DNA of 63,418 bases, the filler included, from Octopus bimaculoides (taxonomy: Eukaryota), in NCBI RefSeq assembly GCF_001194135.2. It is 10 parts of 10 records of this genome, joined end to end, with 100 filler letters (N's around TTAATTAATTAA, not from the genome) between each part and the next. Parts side by side here need not be neighbours in the genome. Positions count along the whole stretch, not along the records: positions 21,141 to 24,057 come from NC_069002.1; positions 24,158 to 38,836 come from NC_068997.1; 8 more parts are not named here. The stretch is one strand, 5' to 3'. Positions 22,293 through 36,709 of the stretch are shown here, in pieces. The notes under the pieces are model-generated. The model ran no database searches and was not told the DNA's origin. It saw nothing but the letters and a program-made list of their open reading frames with translations. A program made the position numbers and the translations under genes. Numbering within the stretch: the stretch's first letter is position 1; every line of letters begins with the position of its first letter.

Positions 22293-22400
22293 AGACACGT
22301 GGCCTAGTGGTTAGGTTGTTGCACTCAAGATCATTAGGTGGGTTCGATTCCCTAAGTGGGTGGCGCGTTGTGTTCTTGAGCAAAACACTTTATTCGATCG
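22291..22400 (+). mobile_element. tRNA-derived SINE head
   Basis: cgTGGCCTAGTGGttagg..GGTTCGATTCC..ttgtgttcttgagcaaaacacttt. Confidence 0.75.
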
Positions 22401-22454
22401 CACACACACACAGACACACACACACACACGCACACACACACACACACACACATT

Positions 22455-22580
22455 CGACGGGCTTCTTTCAGTTTCCATCTACCAAATCCGCTCACAAGGC
22501 TTTGGTCAGCCCGAGGCTTATAGTAGAAGACACTTACCCAAGGTGGTTGGGAAGCAAGCTACTTACCACACAGCCACTCT
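22455..22580 (-). mobile_element. SINE family A
   Basis: cgacgggcttctttcagtttccatctaccaaatcc..cttaccacacagccactc. Confidence 0.85.
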
Positions 22581-22983
22581 ATGTATGTATGTATGTATGT
22601 ATGTATGTATGTATGTATGTATGCATGAAAGTGACTGTACGAGTGAACGTATATGTACGCGTGTGTGTATGTGTGTGAGAGCGAGGATACAACGTGTGCG
22701 TGAGGGAACCTGGATGTGGATGAGTCTATGTCTATATAAGCAAGTTTCTTGTATGTATGAGTCAGTATGTTTTGCTTAATGTCAAAATCTGCGTGCGTGT
22801 GTGCGTGTGTGTGCGTGTGTGTGCGTGTGTGTGCGTGTGTGTGCGTGCCAGCGTGTTTGTGTGTGTCCTCTCTGCCAACGTGGGTCTCCTATAAAGGACG
22901 TCTTATAATTCTGTCTTGTCACATCTCAACACTGACATCCTTAAGCTTACACTACCTCTTCCGCTACCACGTTTAACTGCCTG

Positions 22984-23032
<49 letters not shown>

Positions 23033-23594
23033 NNNNNNNNNNNNNNNNNNNNNNNNNNNNNNNNNNNNNNNNNNNNNNNNNNNNNNNNNNNNNNNNNNNN
23101 NNNNNNNNNNNNNNNNNNNNNNNNNNNNNNNNNNNNNNNNNNNNNNNNNNNNNNNNNNNNNNNNNNNNNNNNNNNNNNNNNNNNNNNNNNNNNNNNNNNN
23201 NNNNNNNNNNNNNNNNNNNNNNNNNNNNNNNNNNNNNNNNNNNNNNNNNNNNNNNNNNNNNNNNNNNNNNNNNNNNNNNNNNNNNNNNNNNNNNNNNNNN
23301 NNNNNNNNNNNNNNNNNNNNNNNNNNNNNNNNNNNNNNNNNNNNNNNNNNNNNNNNNNNNNNNNNNNNNNNNNNNNNNNNNNNNNNNNNNNNNNNNNNNN
23401 NNNNNNNNNNNNNNNNNNNNNNNNNNNNNNNNNNNNNNNNNNNNNNNNNNNNNNNNNNNNNNNNNATATATATGTTTATGTATATGTATACACACACATA
23501 TATATATATATATATCTGCGTGTGTATTTATGTTTGTATAAATGTATGTATATCTGTATTTACACACATACTCGTACATGTTATGTTGGTATGC

Positions 23595-23629
<35 letters not shown>

Positions 23630-23960
23630 CGTGTGTGTACACACACACGCACACACATACATATGCATATCAACTTACACACATACATACACACGCGAAA
23701 AACATACGTACTTGATTACATACTTGTTAATTTGCGTGCGTTCGTGTGAGTATATGCATGTGTCCGCACGTGCGCGTGTGTGTGTGTGTGTGCGTGCGCG
23801 CGTGTGTGTGTGTGCGTGTTTACAGTGACAAGCTGGCTGAACGTAACAACCATAGGAGAAAGAAGAATTAATGAAGAGAGAGACGATAACCAGGTGGACC
23901 AGATGTCACACCTGGTCTTCGCTATCTTCACACGTACACCTATATACACATACAAACATA

Positions 23961-23997
<37 letters not shown>

Positions 23998-24014
23998 CAC
24001 ATATATGTGTGTGC

Positions 24015-24057
<43 letters not shown>

Positions 24058-24176
24058 NNNNNNNNNNNNNNNNNNNNNNNNNNNNNNNNNNNNNNNNNNN
24101 NTTAATTAATTAANNNNNNNNNNNNNNNNNNNNNNNNNNNNNNNNNNNNNNNNNNNNTATACATACAAATAAATAA

Positions 24177-24219
<43 letters not shown>

Positions 24220-25939
24220 AATAAATACATATACACATATATATATGTATAGACATATACATACGCACACACATACATATGTGCATACATATGTAGGTAT
24301 GTATGTATCTGAATGTGAATAATCATGTTGTGAGATATCTATTCCTTGCATTTCTGAGATTTTTTCACCAACATCATAACTTCCTTTCTCTTCATTATTT
24401 CACGATAAACACCTCAGTATATATGTATATATATGTATGTGCATGTGTGTGTGCGTGCGTCTGTGATGTGCATGTGTGTGTCTGTTTGAATGTATATATG
24501 TTTGTATATATNNNNNNNNNNNNNNNNNNNNNNNNNNNNNNNNNNNNNNNNNNNNNNNNNNNNNNNNNNNNNNNNNNNNNNNNNNNNNNNNNNNNNNNNN
24601 NNNNNNNNNNNNNNNNNNNNNNNNNNNNNNNNNNNNNNNNNNNNNNNNNNNNNNNNNNNNNNNNNNNNNNNNNNNNNNNNNNNNNNNNNNNNNNNNNNNN
24701 NNNNNNNNNNNNNNNNNNNNNNNNNNNNNNNNNNNNNNNNNNNNNNNNNNNNNNNNNNNNNNNNNNNNNNNNNNNNNNNNNNNNNNNNNNNNNNNNNNNN
24801 NNNNNNNNNNNNNNNNNNNNNNNNNNNNNNNNNNNNNNNNNNNNNNNNNNNNNNNNNNNNNNNNNNNNNNNNNNNNNNNNNNNNNNNNNNNNNNNNNNNN
24901 NNNNNNNNNNNNNNNNNNNNNNNNNNNNNNNNNNNNNNNNNNNNNNNNNNNNNNNNNNNNNNNNNNNNNNNNNNNNNNNNNNNNNNNNNNNNNNNNNNNN
25001 NNNNNNNNNNNNNNNNNNNNNNNNNNNNNNNNNNNNNNNNNNNNNNNNNNNNNNNNNNNNNNNNNNNNNNNNNNNNNNNNNNNNNNNNNNNNNNNNNNNN
25101 NNNNNNNNNNNNNNNNNNNNNNNNNNNNNNNNNNNNNNNNNNNNNNNNNNNNNNNNNNNNNNNNNNNNNNNNNNNNNNNNNNNNNNNNNNNNNNNNNNNN
25201 NNNNNNNNNNNNNNNNNNNNNNNNNNNNNNNNNNNNNNNNNNNNNNNNNNNNNNNNNNNNNNNNNNNNNNNNNNNNNNNNNNNNNNNNNNNNNNNNNNNN
25301 NNNNNNNNNNNNNNNNNNNNNNNNNNNNNNNNNNNNNNNNNNNNNNNNNNNNNNNNNNNNNNNNNNNNNNNNNNNNNNNNNNNNNNNNNNNNNNNNNNNN
25401 NNNNNNNNNNNNNNNNNTATATATATATATATATATATATATGTAATCGTACTTGCACATATGAAATTCGGTTAATATACCCTGATTTCTTCGTAGTAAG
25501 CAGCAAGTATTGAACCCTCAGTGCAGCGCGTAGTTTCTTATGCTTCTCCGCACACGTGATTAACACTGTTCGCCATAATGTTAATGAGAAGCAGCCGATA
25601 TCTACGCACAATAAATACATGTTAATTAACATAGAGTTTACAAATTTGCATATTGGAGTGGACATTTATAGCTTTTGTTACGAATGCATTTCTGGCATAT
25701 ATACAGAACGTCAGTTTTTGGCGAGGGGTGTAACAATAGATTGGAGTGTCACGAGTACTGGGCCGGTACTTTATTTTATTGAACTTGAAAGGACGAATGG
25801 CTACGTAGAGTTCGCCTAATTTCTCCTCAGGTCGTAATTGACAGCGGCCATTGTGTTTAACGCTCTAACGATTCCCTTTATCCACTATCCCGAGGTAATT
25901 CTAAGCGATAATAATAATAATGATCCTACCTACTAAACG

Positions 25940-26135
25940 CACAAGGCCTGAAATTTTGTGGGACGGGACTAGTTGATTAGATCGACCCAAGTGTTTTACT
26001 GGTACCTAATTTATCAACCCCGAAGGATGAAAAGCAATGACGATCTTGGCAGAATTTGAACTCAGAAGGTAAGACGGACGAAATGCCGGCATGCATTTCA
26101 CCCGGTGCGGTAACGATTCTACCAGCTCACCGATT
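25940..26135 (-). mobile_element. SINE family C
   Basis: ggcctgaaatttt..ctggtacctaatttatcaaccccgaaggatgaaaagc..gaatttgaactcagaagg..ctaccagctcaccg. Confidence 0.85.
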
Positions 26136-26149
26136 TAATAATAATAATG

Positions 26150-26258
<109 letters not shown>

Positions 26259-26433
26259 TAATAATAACAAATTTAGCACAACACCACACCTATAACTTCG
26301 AGGAAGGGAGCTAGTCAATGAGATCGACCACAGTATTCAATTGGTACTTATTTTATCGACCTCGGACAAAATGCCGCTAAGCAGTTCGTTGGGAGGCTTA
26401 CGATATTGCCAACTCGCGGCACTAATAATAGTG

Positions 26434-26506
<73 letters not shown>

Positions 26507-27084
26507 CAAAATTATCATCAGCATAACATGAAAACAACCCGTTTTTTGTAATTTATTTCAGTCATTATCCTGCACCATGCTAGGGCATCATATACTAGAT
26601 AGAACGCAAGTGATACTTCCCATCCCAGCACGTAATTATTTATAGNNNNNNNNNNNNNNNNNNNNNNNNNNNNNNNNNNNNNNNNNNNNNNNNNNNNNNN
26701 NNNNNNNNNNNNNNNNNNNNNNNNNNNNNNNNNNNNNNNNNNNNNNNNNNNNNNNNNNNNNNNNNNNNNNNNNNNNNNNNNNNNNNNNNNNNNNNNNNNN
26801 NNNNNNNNNNNNNNNNNNNNNNNNNNNNNNNNNNNNNNNNNNNNNNNNNNNNNNNNNNNNNNNNNNNNNNNNNNNNNNNNNNNNNNNNNNNNNNNNNNNN
26901 NNNNNNNNNNNNNNNNNNNNNNNNNNNNNNNNNNNNNNNNNNNNNNNNNNNNAAGGGAAAATCCCAAGATGGAAAAGAAGAAATCGCCAACGGCACACGT
27001 GTAGTTACATTGCTGAAGTCAATACATGCATACATGCATACATAGACACACATACCCCCCCCCCACACATATATATATATATAC

Positions 27085-27117
<33 letters not shown>

Positions 27118-27819
27118 TGTATGTATGTATGTATATATTCTTAGCAGCATTTCGTGTAACTTTACGTTCTGAGTTCAAATTCTGCCGATATTGACCCATC
27201 CACCTGGCACAGTAAAAGTATATCTCTTCCATGGTAATATCCTTTTTTTTTTGCTCAAGAATATGACATAACAGCTGAATCATGCTTAGGATAGGTTCAG
27301 AATTTCATTCACGAATCGTGATTGCAACTTTTCACGTTCTGCAATGTTTCACATTTCGAAGCCTTGTATAACTTTCAATTGCAAATATAAAGAAAATCCA
27401 GACGAAATTACTGGTATTTTGTGTCTTCTAAATTCATTTGAGAAATTGTTCAAATCTGACGAAATCTTATACCATGAAAACCCATCTTCTGTTTGATGAC
27501 ACACCAGTGTCCCAGAAGAATCGGAACGCGAAGTTGTCATAAAAGAGAAACTGCTTTCTTGTGACGGAACGCAACAGTGTTCAAATCATGTCTATCTTTG
27601 AATCAGCCGGAACGTTTTATGAATAAATGATTCGTGTATATAACAAATAGATAAGGAGGAGCTAGAGGAGTCAGTGAGAGAATGAGCGCAAAAGAGAGAC
27701 AGAGACGGAAAAGGAGTGAGAGAGAGAGAAAGCGAAAGAGAGAGCGAGAGAGAGAGAGAGAAAGACGGATAGAAACTGAACACAAATTATAACAGCCGTT
27801 TTGAACCTTAACTTTCTTA

Positions 27820-27965
27820 GAAACTTTCAGTTTCCGTCTACCAAATCCATTCACAAGGGTTTGGTCGGCCCGAGTCTGTAGTAGAAGACACCTGCCCAAG
27901 GTTCCACGCATTGGGACTGAACCCAGAACAATGTGCTTGAGAAGCAACCCTCTTACCACACAGCC
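27820..27965 (-). mobile_element. SINE family A
   Basis: ttcagtttccgtctaccaaatccattcacaagg..gggactgaacccagaac..cttaccacacagccac. Confidence 0.85.
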
Positions 27966-29301
27966 ACCCCTGTATGTATGTATATATATACACATATATA
28001 TATATATATCCATATATATATATATATATAATATGTATATACGCGCATATATAATAATATACACATATTAATATCTACGTGTGTGTATCTGTCTCTTTGC
28101 ATATTTATATATCACATGACTTTGTAACGCAATCGCACAGAAATTGTCACAACACCCCCACCCCCAAACCCCGCCTAAACATGCCGCAAATCACTGTTAA
28201 ACGATTACTTGACTTGTATGTCTTCTTTTAATTCAGTGGAAGGTTCACCTAATAAATTAATTGTTCCCTATTTCTAAGGATCACATCAACTGACCCTTAC
28301 AACTGGCGATCTGTCACCGATAACCTTGTTATGAAAACCCAGATTTAATCTTCGCCTTGTTTTTCTCCAATCTACGACGCAGAGTCTCCCCCCCCCCCTA
28401 CACACACACCTCCTCGTCGTTTAGTTTGTGTTTTATATTTTACACCTCTTTTTAGAAAACTCATCCGACATCTTGTTTCGATGTAGTGGGAGTCGGGGTG
28501 ATATTTTGGTTCAACCTTGCATGCCTCCACCTCCTCCTCCTCCTCCTCTTCTTCTTCTTCTTCTTCTTCTTCTTNNNNNNNNNNNNNNNNNNNNNNNNNN
28601 NNNNNNNNNNNNNNNNNNNNNNNNNNNNNNNNNNNNNNNNNNNNNNNNNNNNNNNNNNNNNNNNNNNNNNNNNNNNNNNNNNNNNNNNNNNNNNNNNNNN
28701 NNNNNNNNNNNNNNNNNNNNNNNNNNNNNNNNNNNNNNNNNNNNNNNNNNNNNNNNNNNNNNNNNNNNNNNNNNNNNNNNNNNNNNNNNNNNNNNNNNNN
28801 NNNNNNNNNNNNNNNNNNNNNNNNNNNNNNNNNNNNNNNNNNNNNNNNNNNNNNNNNNNNNNNNNNNNNNNNNNNNNNNNNNNNNNNNNNNNNNNNNNNN
28901 NNNNNNNNNNNNNNNNNNNNNNNNNNNNNNNNNNNNNNNNNNNNNNNNNNNNNNNNNNNNNNNNNNNNNNNNNNNNNNNNNNNNNNNNNNNNNNNNNNNN
29001 NNNNNNNNNNNNNNNNNNNNNNNNNNNNNNNNNNNNNNNNNNNNNNNNNNNNNNNNNNNNNNNNNNNNNNNNNNNNNNNNNNNNNNNNNNNNNNNNNNNN
29101 NNNNNNNNNNNNNNNNNNNNNNNNNNNNNNNNNNNNNNNNNNNNNNNNNNNNNNNNNNNNNNNNNNNNNNNNNNNNNNNNNNNNNNNNNNNNNNNNNNNN
29201 NNNNNNNNNNNNNNNNNNNNNNNNNNNNNNNNNNNNNNNNNNNNNNNNNNNNNNNNNNNNNNNNNNNNNNNNNNNNNNNNNNNNNNNNNNNNNNNNNNNN
29301 N

Positions 29302-29338
<37 letters not shown>

Positions 29339-30339
29339 TGTGTGTGCGTCTGTGTGTGTATGTATATGTATATGTACATATATACATACATATAGAAATA
29401 TAAAGCATGCTGCGTACAGTCTATTTTGTGACGGCAACAACACGGTCCAGGTAGTTTGTTGATGATGATAATGGCGGTAATGATGCAGTCATACAATTGC
29501 ACGCATGCGTTCACACATAGTTTAGATATACATACACGCATACACATACATTCATACATGCACGAATCCATACATTCATACATAAATACATACATACATT
29601 CATATACGCATATGCATACATGCATATATACATACACAAATACATACATGCATGCATGAATTGAGAGAGAGAGTGAGAGAGAGACAGACAGACAGAGACA
29701 AAGGGGAGAGAAAAGGGAGAGAAAAGAGAGAGAGAGGGAGAAAAGAGAGACAAAGGGACTGAACGCAAGAGCGAGAGAGAAATAGACAGAACGAGAGAGA
29801 AGCGAGATATAGACAGAGACAAGGAGAGAGAGAAAAGAAAGAGACAAGAGAGGGAGAAAAGTGTGAGAGAGGGGGACTGAACGCAAGAGAGGGAGAGAGA
29901 GAGAGAGAGATAGAGAGAGAGAGATAGAGAGAGAGAGAGGCAGTGAGAAACAAAGTTCGAAGGAGAAGCTGGAAGAGATGGGTAGAGAGAAAGACATAGG
30001 ATGAAAGGGGACGAAGACAAAGCAGAGACGGTGATAGATATATATAATAGGGAAATAAAGAAGATTTAAAGGCGAAAGAGAGAGGGGGAGAGAGAGAACG
30101 GAAAAGAAAGACAGAGATAGCAGTAGAGAGAGAGAGAGAGAGGGGGAAAGAGAGATAGATAGTGAGAGATGATATAACACAAGTTATAAAAGCCGTCAAT
30201 TAATTATTGTATCGTTAAGTTTTGTGACAAATGCCAAATGTTCCACTCAATCTTCGTAAAAATATTGCCAATTCAGACATTTTGTTTTTATGTTCGCTAG
30301 AGTTCCTCCTATTTTTCACTTATTAACAGCAGTTGTTAC

Positions 30340-30427
30340 TGCTGTTGTTGTCGGTGGTGGTGGTCATGTTGTTGTTGGTGATGGTGTTACAGTAATAGTT
30401 GTTGCTGTTGCAGTAGTTCTTGTTAAT

Positions 30428-30460
<33 letters not shown>

Positions 30461-30751
30461 ATAGTAGTAATTGCTGCTGTTGATATTGTTATTATTAACT
30501 GCTGTCGGTGGTCTGAGTGGTGGTCTGGATGATAGTGGTGGTGATGATGATGACGATGATGATGATGATGATGATGACGATGATGACGATGACGATGATG
30601 ATGAGGATGATGATGATGATGATGATGATGACGACGATGATGGTGACGCTGAAGATGACAGTGGAGATGATGATGATGACGGCAATAATGATGGTGATGA
30701 GGATAATGGTGATGATGATGGTGATCATGACGACGGCAACGACAACGATGT

Positions 30752-30782
<31 letters not shown>

Positions 30783-30830
30783 AAAGATGACGAAGGAGAA
30801 GAAATGGAAAAAGACTGTGAAATGAGATAA
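30340..30830. repeat. Compound trinucleotide array (GTT/GTA/GGT/GAT/GAC)
   Basis: Consecutive one-base-related triplet blocks; source of poly-D/M/H/S ORFs. Confidence 0.95.
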
Positions 30831-30984
30831 AAGTATTCGTAGCCAACACAAATAGGAGTAGATTTTATGTAAGATAATGAAATTCTACACGCAATATGTC
30901 CGAATAAGAGAAATAAGCTTGATCATAGATATGCAGGACCAGTGCTAGTCTTCGTTAAACAATAACGGGAATATCCTTTTGACA

Positions 30985-31380
30985 CATGGCCTAAAATTTT
31001 TGGGGAGGGCGGCCAGTCGATTAGATCGGCCCCAGTACTCAACTGGTGCTTAATTTATTGACACCCGAAAGGATAAAAGGAAAAGTCGACCTTCGTGGAA
31101 ATTGAACTTAGAACGTAAAGACAGATAAAATACCGCTAACGATTCCGCCAGCTTGTCATCTTCATTAATCTTAATATTCTTTTCTAATTTAAGCACAAAG
31201 CCCGAAATTTTGGGGGAGGGGTTAGTCGATTAGATCGATCCCAGTAAGCAACAGGTACTTAATTTATCGACCCCGAAAGGATGAAAGGCAAAGTCGACCT
31301 TGGCGGAATTTGAACTCGGAACGTAAAGACATACGAAATACCGCTAAGCATTTCGCCCGGTGTGCTAACGTTTCTATTAG
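30985..31380 (-). mobile_element. Two tandem SINE family C copies
   Basis: The block aaattttt(g)ggg..gtcgattagatcg..ccccagt..ggtacttaatttat..gaaaggat..gtcgacc..gaactc..accgctaa occurs twice. Confidence 0.88.
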
Positions 31381-31477
31381 GAGCGTTCAACAAACCTGAA
31401 GCGGTATGTCAGGGGATTCCATCCCTGTTTACATCTTTTTAATCCACAATAAGTCTTCATAATATAAGCTATTATGT

Positions 31478-31518
<41 letters not shown>

Positions 31519-32620
31519 NNNNNNNNNNNNNNNNNNNNNNNNNNNNNNNNNNNNNNNNNNNNNNNNNNNNNNNNNNNNNNNNNNNNNNNNNNNNNNNNNN
31601 NNNNNNNNNNNNNNNNNNNNNNNNNNNNNNNNNNNNNNNNNNNNNNNNNNNNNNNNNNNNNNNNNNNNNNNNNNNNNNNNNNNNNNNNNNNNNNNNNNNN
31701 NNNNNNNNNNNNNNNNNNNNNNNNNNNNNNNNNNNNNNNNNNNNNNNNNNNNNNNNNNNNNNNNNNNNNNNNNNNNNNNNNNNNNNNNNNNNNNNNNNNN
31801 NNNNNNNNNNNNNNNNNNNNNNNNNNNNNNNNNNNNNNNNNNNNNNNNNNNNNNNNNNNNNNNNNNNNNNNNNNNNNNNNNNNNNNNNNNNNCACACACA
31901 CACACACACTCTCCCTCTCTTTCTCCCCCCCCCCTTATCACTCCGTATCCCATATACGCACCTAACAATTTTAAGCTCTTTTATCTTAATCACACACCAG
32001 CTAAAAACTCAATTCCCTTCTAGATTTCAACCCCCGTCCTTTACCAATTCTTTGCCAAGAACAACTAGAGGCTCTGCCACTACACACCATCCACGACTGC
32101 ACCGTCGACGCAGCACCTTACACAACGCTACACAACCACGTAAGGAAGACCCAACCCACCAGACTTAAACGATGGCACTCTTCGAAGGCAGCGCCACCTA
32201 CTTCACCTAATACAGCAACAACAACACCAACAGCAACAATAATAAGAGGAAGAAAGGATGGAGGGGAGGAATGAACAATAACAAGACAAATTACAAAACG
32301 AAGAAAAAAGCAAAGAAAAAAATTTCCTCTCCTTTTTGATTTCTTTGAATCTTTGTGGAACCAAAAAAAAAAAAGAAAAAATGAAAAATGAAAGAAAGGA
32401 TTTCGCTTGCATTTTTTAGAATTATATTCTTCTTTTTTTCTTTCTTCATTTTTCTATTTTCTTCTATTTTTTTATGTGAATATCATTTTTTCTTTTGCTT
32501 TCTAGCTGATCGCATTTTCCCGCGTTTTCCCTCACTATATACACATACACATATTCCTACACACATACATATATGTGCATATGTGTATGCATGTATATGT
32601 TCTTTCTTTCTTTCTTTCCT

Positions 32621-32675
<55 letters not shown>

Positions 32676-33138
32676 ATCTTTCTGTCCTTCTTTTCTTTCC
32701 TTATATCATCTCGCACTCATTCATATTATACTTCATCTCTTTTTCTTCCTATTCCTCGTATTTTTTTTTTCATTTTTCATTCATTTTCGCTTTAAAGAAA
32801 GTTCAATCAAGGATGAATTTTCATTTAACTCATTTTTTTTCTATTTTGTATTTTTTATAGCACATACATACGACTACATAACATACGTACACACATACAT
32901 ACATACCTACATATATATATATACATATACATACATATATATATATATATGTGTGTGTGTGCGTATGTGTGTGAATGCATACACACACACATATCTATAT
33001 ATACATACACAGGTACCAGCTTNNNNNNNNNNNNNNNNNNNNNNNNNNNNNNNNNNNNNNNNNNNNNNNNNNNNNNNNNNNNNNNNNNNNNNNNNNNNNN
33101 NNNNNNNNNNNNNNNNNNNNNNNNNNNNNNNNNNNNNN

Positions 33139-33184
<46 letters not shown>

Positions 33185-33782
33185 TCTCTCTCTCTCTCTC
33201 GAATGCACATGCGCATAGACATATGCACAAAGACACGTACACATAGGTATACACGTATATGCCTATATAAATTTATGCATATTTATGCATGTATGTATAT
33301 ATCCATACACATATGCACATATGGAGTATTATATACACAATCAAAAAGGGTGTCGGGATATCTATATGTATGTATGCATGTAAGTGTATGTGTATGTATG
33401 TATGTATGTGCATGTATGTATGTACGCATGTGTCTGTATATATATATAAATAAATATATATATATATATATATATATTTATGTGTGTTAATACGGATACA
33501 TACGCACATGCGTACAAGTTTACCTGTGTGTATATGTGTGTGTGCGTGTGTGTGTGTGTGTGTGTGCGTGTGTGTGTATGATTCTGTGATTTTGTGTGTT
33601 AAAACTAAAATTGTGTTTCATTTTTTCTACGTCATTAATTTGGCTTATTCTTATTTTTATTAATACTGTTGCTTCACTTCTCCCTCCTTTTCCTTCTTCA
33701 TCGTCATCAACCATCGTCATCATCATCATCATCATCATCATCTTCATCATCATCATCATCAATCATCTCTAGTTAAAGCAAT

Positions 33783-33835
<53 letters not shown>

Positions 33836-33970
33836 ATAATAATAATAATAATAATACTGCTGCTGCTGCTGCTGCTACTGCTACTACTGCATGTTTTTAA
33901 CATTTTTACTGTTCCTTTCAGATCTCTTTCACAGACACTCTTATTGTAAATCCTACTTTCATAGACAATT

Positions 33971-34001
<31 letters not shown>

Positions 34002-34419
34002 CACTGTCTTTCTTACACAGAGTGGAGTAAAACATCAATGAACATGTGATAGCTTTGTCAGCGGAATTGCAAAGGGAGTCTCGAGTGATCTCCCCCTGAG
34101 TATAACACCCGTATACACAATGGAAGTGCAAATGCTGAATAGACAGCCAATAGCCATATATGTATTTTTTCAACTGCTTGTATACTCACTCACACACACA
34201 TTGACTCACACTTGCACACACACATATATACACCCCCACCCCACCCCACCCACGCACATTCATGAAGATATCTTTCCCCTCAACAGACACTCCTCTCTTT
34301 CATATTACCCCAAAACAAATCAAAGAAGAGAAGGATCCTATCACCTTCGAAAGACATCTGGACAAATTTCTTCAAGGGACAGCAAATAAGTCGCGTATTC
34401 CTGGATAATAAGCTTGCTT

Positions 34420-34547
34420 CCAAACCAAATGTTTCCCGGTTCAGTCCCACTGCGTGGCAATTTGGGTAAGTGTCTTCTACTATAGCCTCGAGCCGACTAG
34501 AGACTTGTTAGTGGATCTCTTAGACGGAAACTGAAAGAAGGCCTTTC

Positions 34548-34550
<3 letters not shown>
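34420..34550 (+). mobile_element. SINE family A
   Basis: gcttgcttccaaacc..ggttcagtcccactgcgtggc..gtgtcttctactatagcctcg..agacggaaactgaaagaag. Confidence 0.85.
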
Positions 34551-34616
<66 letters not shown>

Positions 34617-35441
34617 ACGCAGTTTCTCGTCCTCAGAGCTAGATTTAGTCTTGGTCAAATACCCAAGCATCCTCACAGATTTGCATATACCCGGTGCTCA
34701 TTTGCGTCGTGCTGCTGAACAGCAGCCAATAATATCAGGGAATATTGGTGACCATTTTTTGTCTTCAGTGAATGTTCCATACCCACGCATTTGGATTGTG
34801 TGCCAAACTCCGAAATCCTTCATCTTTGCCCTTCATCGATTCTTAATCAATAGTTCCTTCTTTGATTTCTTTACGCGCTTTGTCTCGGAATGACCGTGAA
34901 ATGGTGTACTGACGATCTTCTCATCGGATGTCTGTGATCCAGCGGTGTGGTCAGCTTCAGTGGTTGGCTTCAATTGGCAGCAGAAATATAGAATAATCTT
35001 GCTGTTTTTCTTTTTATAATCCAATGGGATTTCCCGTGGAAAGCTTTTGCTGCTAATTATAGAAGACCAAATGATTTCGTCCGAAGTTGACTACTTTATT
35101 CAAGGTTCTACATATTGGATAAAACAATGACAGAGCCAAATATATTTGGTTACACTATTAATTTAAACCAGAGGATTTGGTAGAAGCGTAGAGTTTCCAG
35201 ATCCAGCCAGAATTTGTTCCAGAACCTGCCTTGTGTTCCTTGTTTGTTTGTTTGTTTGTTTCTTTGTCACCACTGCAATCAGCAGGTCCATCGTTCAACG
35301 CCATACAACAAGCAGAAGAAGAGCCACCTTCCTTATGTTCGTTCTCGGTGTATTTGTTGGCTCCTCTTGGACGCTGACATACTTCAATGAAGTGCTGCAC
35401 AGCTACTATAACTATTGATACAGCTACTACAACTGCAACAA

Positions 35442-35472
<31 letters not shown>

Positions 35473-36371
35473 AACAACAACAACAACAACAAATGCAACC
35501 ACTGATAGTCCTACTACTCCTACTATCACTCCAACAGTTACTAATGTAACTGCTGCTGATATTCCAATATAATAAGTCTGTAATGTGTGTGCAATTTGCT
35601 TGTTTAAGTGACTGTTGATTGCTAAATGATTTAATGGACGCTTAACCAATCGTCTAATTTCATAGATTTTCGTTCCTATTCTTGATAAGAAGATTGTATG
35701 GTAAATTTTCTTCCATATAATTTTATTTTCCTCTCTCTATATGTATATTTGCTTCCTTTTTTTATCTTCCTTTTCTCTTTAGATTTCATTGCTACCATAT
35801 CTTCGTTTGTTTCGTCTTCCTCGTCTTCCTCGCCGTTGTCTTCTTTCTCCTCGTTGTTGTTGTTGTTCTTGTTGTGGTAGTTACTATTATTACTGGTGTT
35901 GTGGCTGTTTATAATAATATGATATTACATTATTAGCTCTTTAAGCAAATATTATGTTCACATGTTATGTTCTATCATTTCGTAGTCTTCCTTTCTCTTC
36001 GTTTTTTCTCTCTTTCTCTCTCTCTCACTCTTCTTCTCCTTGTCTTTATAGATAATAACATGGTTTCCATGAAGAAACAACAACAACAAAACGAGCAACA
36101 GCAACAGTAAGAACAACAACAAACAATTGTATTAGACGATTGAATATAGTAAATAGAGAAATGATGATCTCTTGTGACAATGTAGAGTCTTTTGCTATTT
36201 TGTAGCTGGTACATAAAATCACTAATAGCACGTCAGTATATTACTGTGTGGAAACGAGAATATATGTGTGTGTATACACACACACACATATATATTAATG
36301 TATATATATGCACATACATATATATACATATATATATATGTGTATGTATGTATATATATATCTATATATGT

Positions 36372-36657
36372 ATATATACATGGAAAACGAACCTTCACCA
36401 ACTATTCTGCCTCTATATGTATTTGCACACCTTTCAATGCAATGTATTCCAGAAGGTTTGTAAATCCAACAGAGGCCTCAAAAGACATGTTAAGATCCAC
36501 AAAGAGTAGAACTTACCTGCAGATATTGGAAGTACAATCTATGTGGGTGCCTTTTCAGAACATTGTCTGGTTTTAAAGGACACATCAGATGCCATGATGG
36601 TGCTAAGGTGTAGGTACAGAAGGTGGTCAGACTCTACATAAGGAGTAGACAACTACC

Positions 36658-36660
<3 letters not shown>
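36372..36660 (+). mobile_element. RTE-like LINE 3' end with two decayed C2H2-like fingers
   Basis: FQCNVFQKVCKSNRGLKRHVKIH and, in another frame, YNLCGCLFRTLSGFKGHIRCH, followed by a short tail and (TA)n. Confidence 0.6.

Positions 36661-36709
<49 letters not shown>

Noticed and set aside
25490-25610. Minus-strand exon-like segment DIGCFSLTLWRTVL..
   Set aside because: Weak donor, no family similarity recognised.
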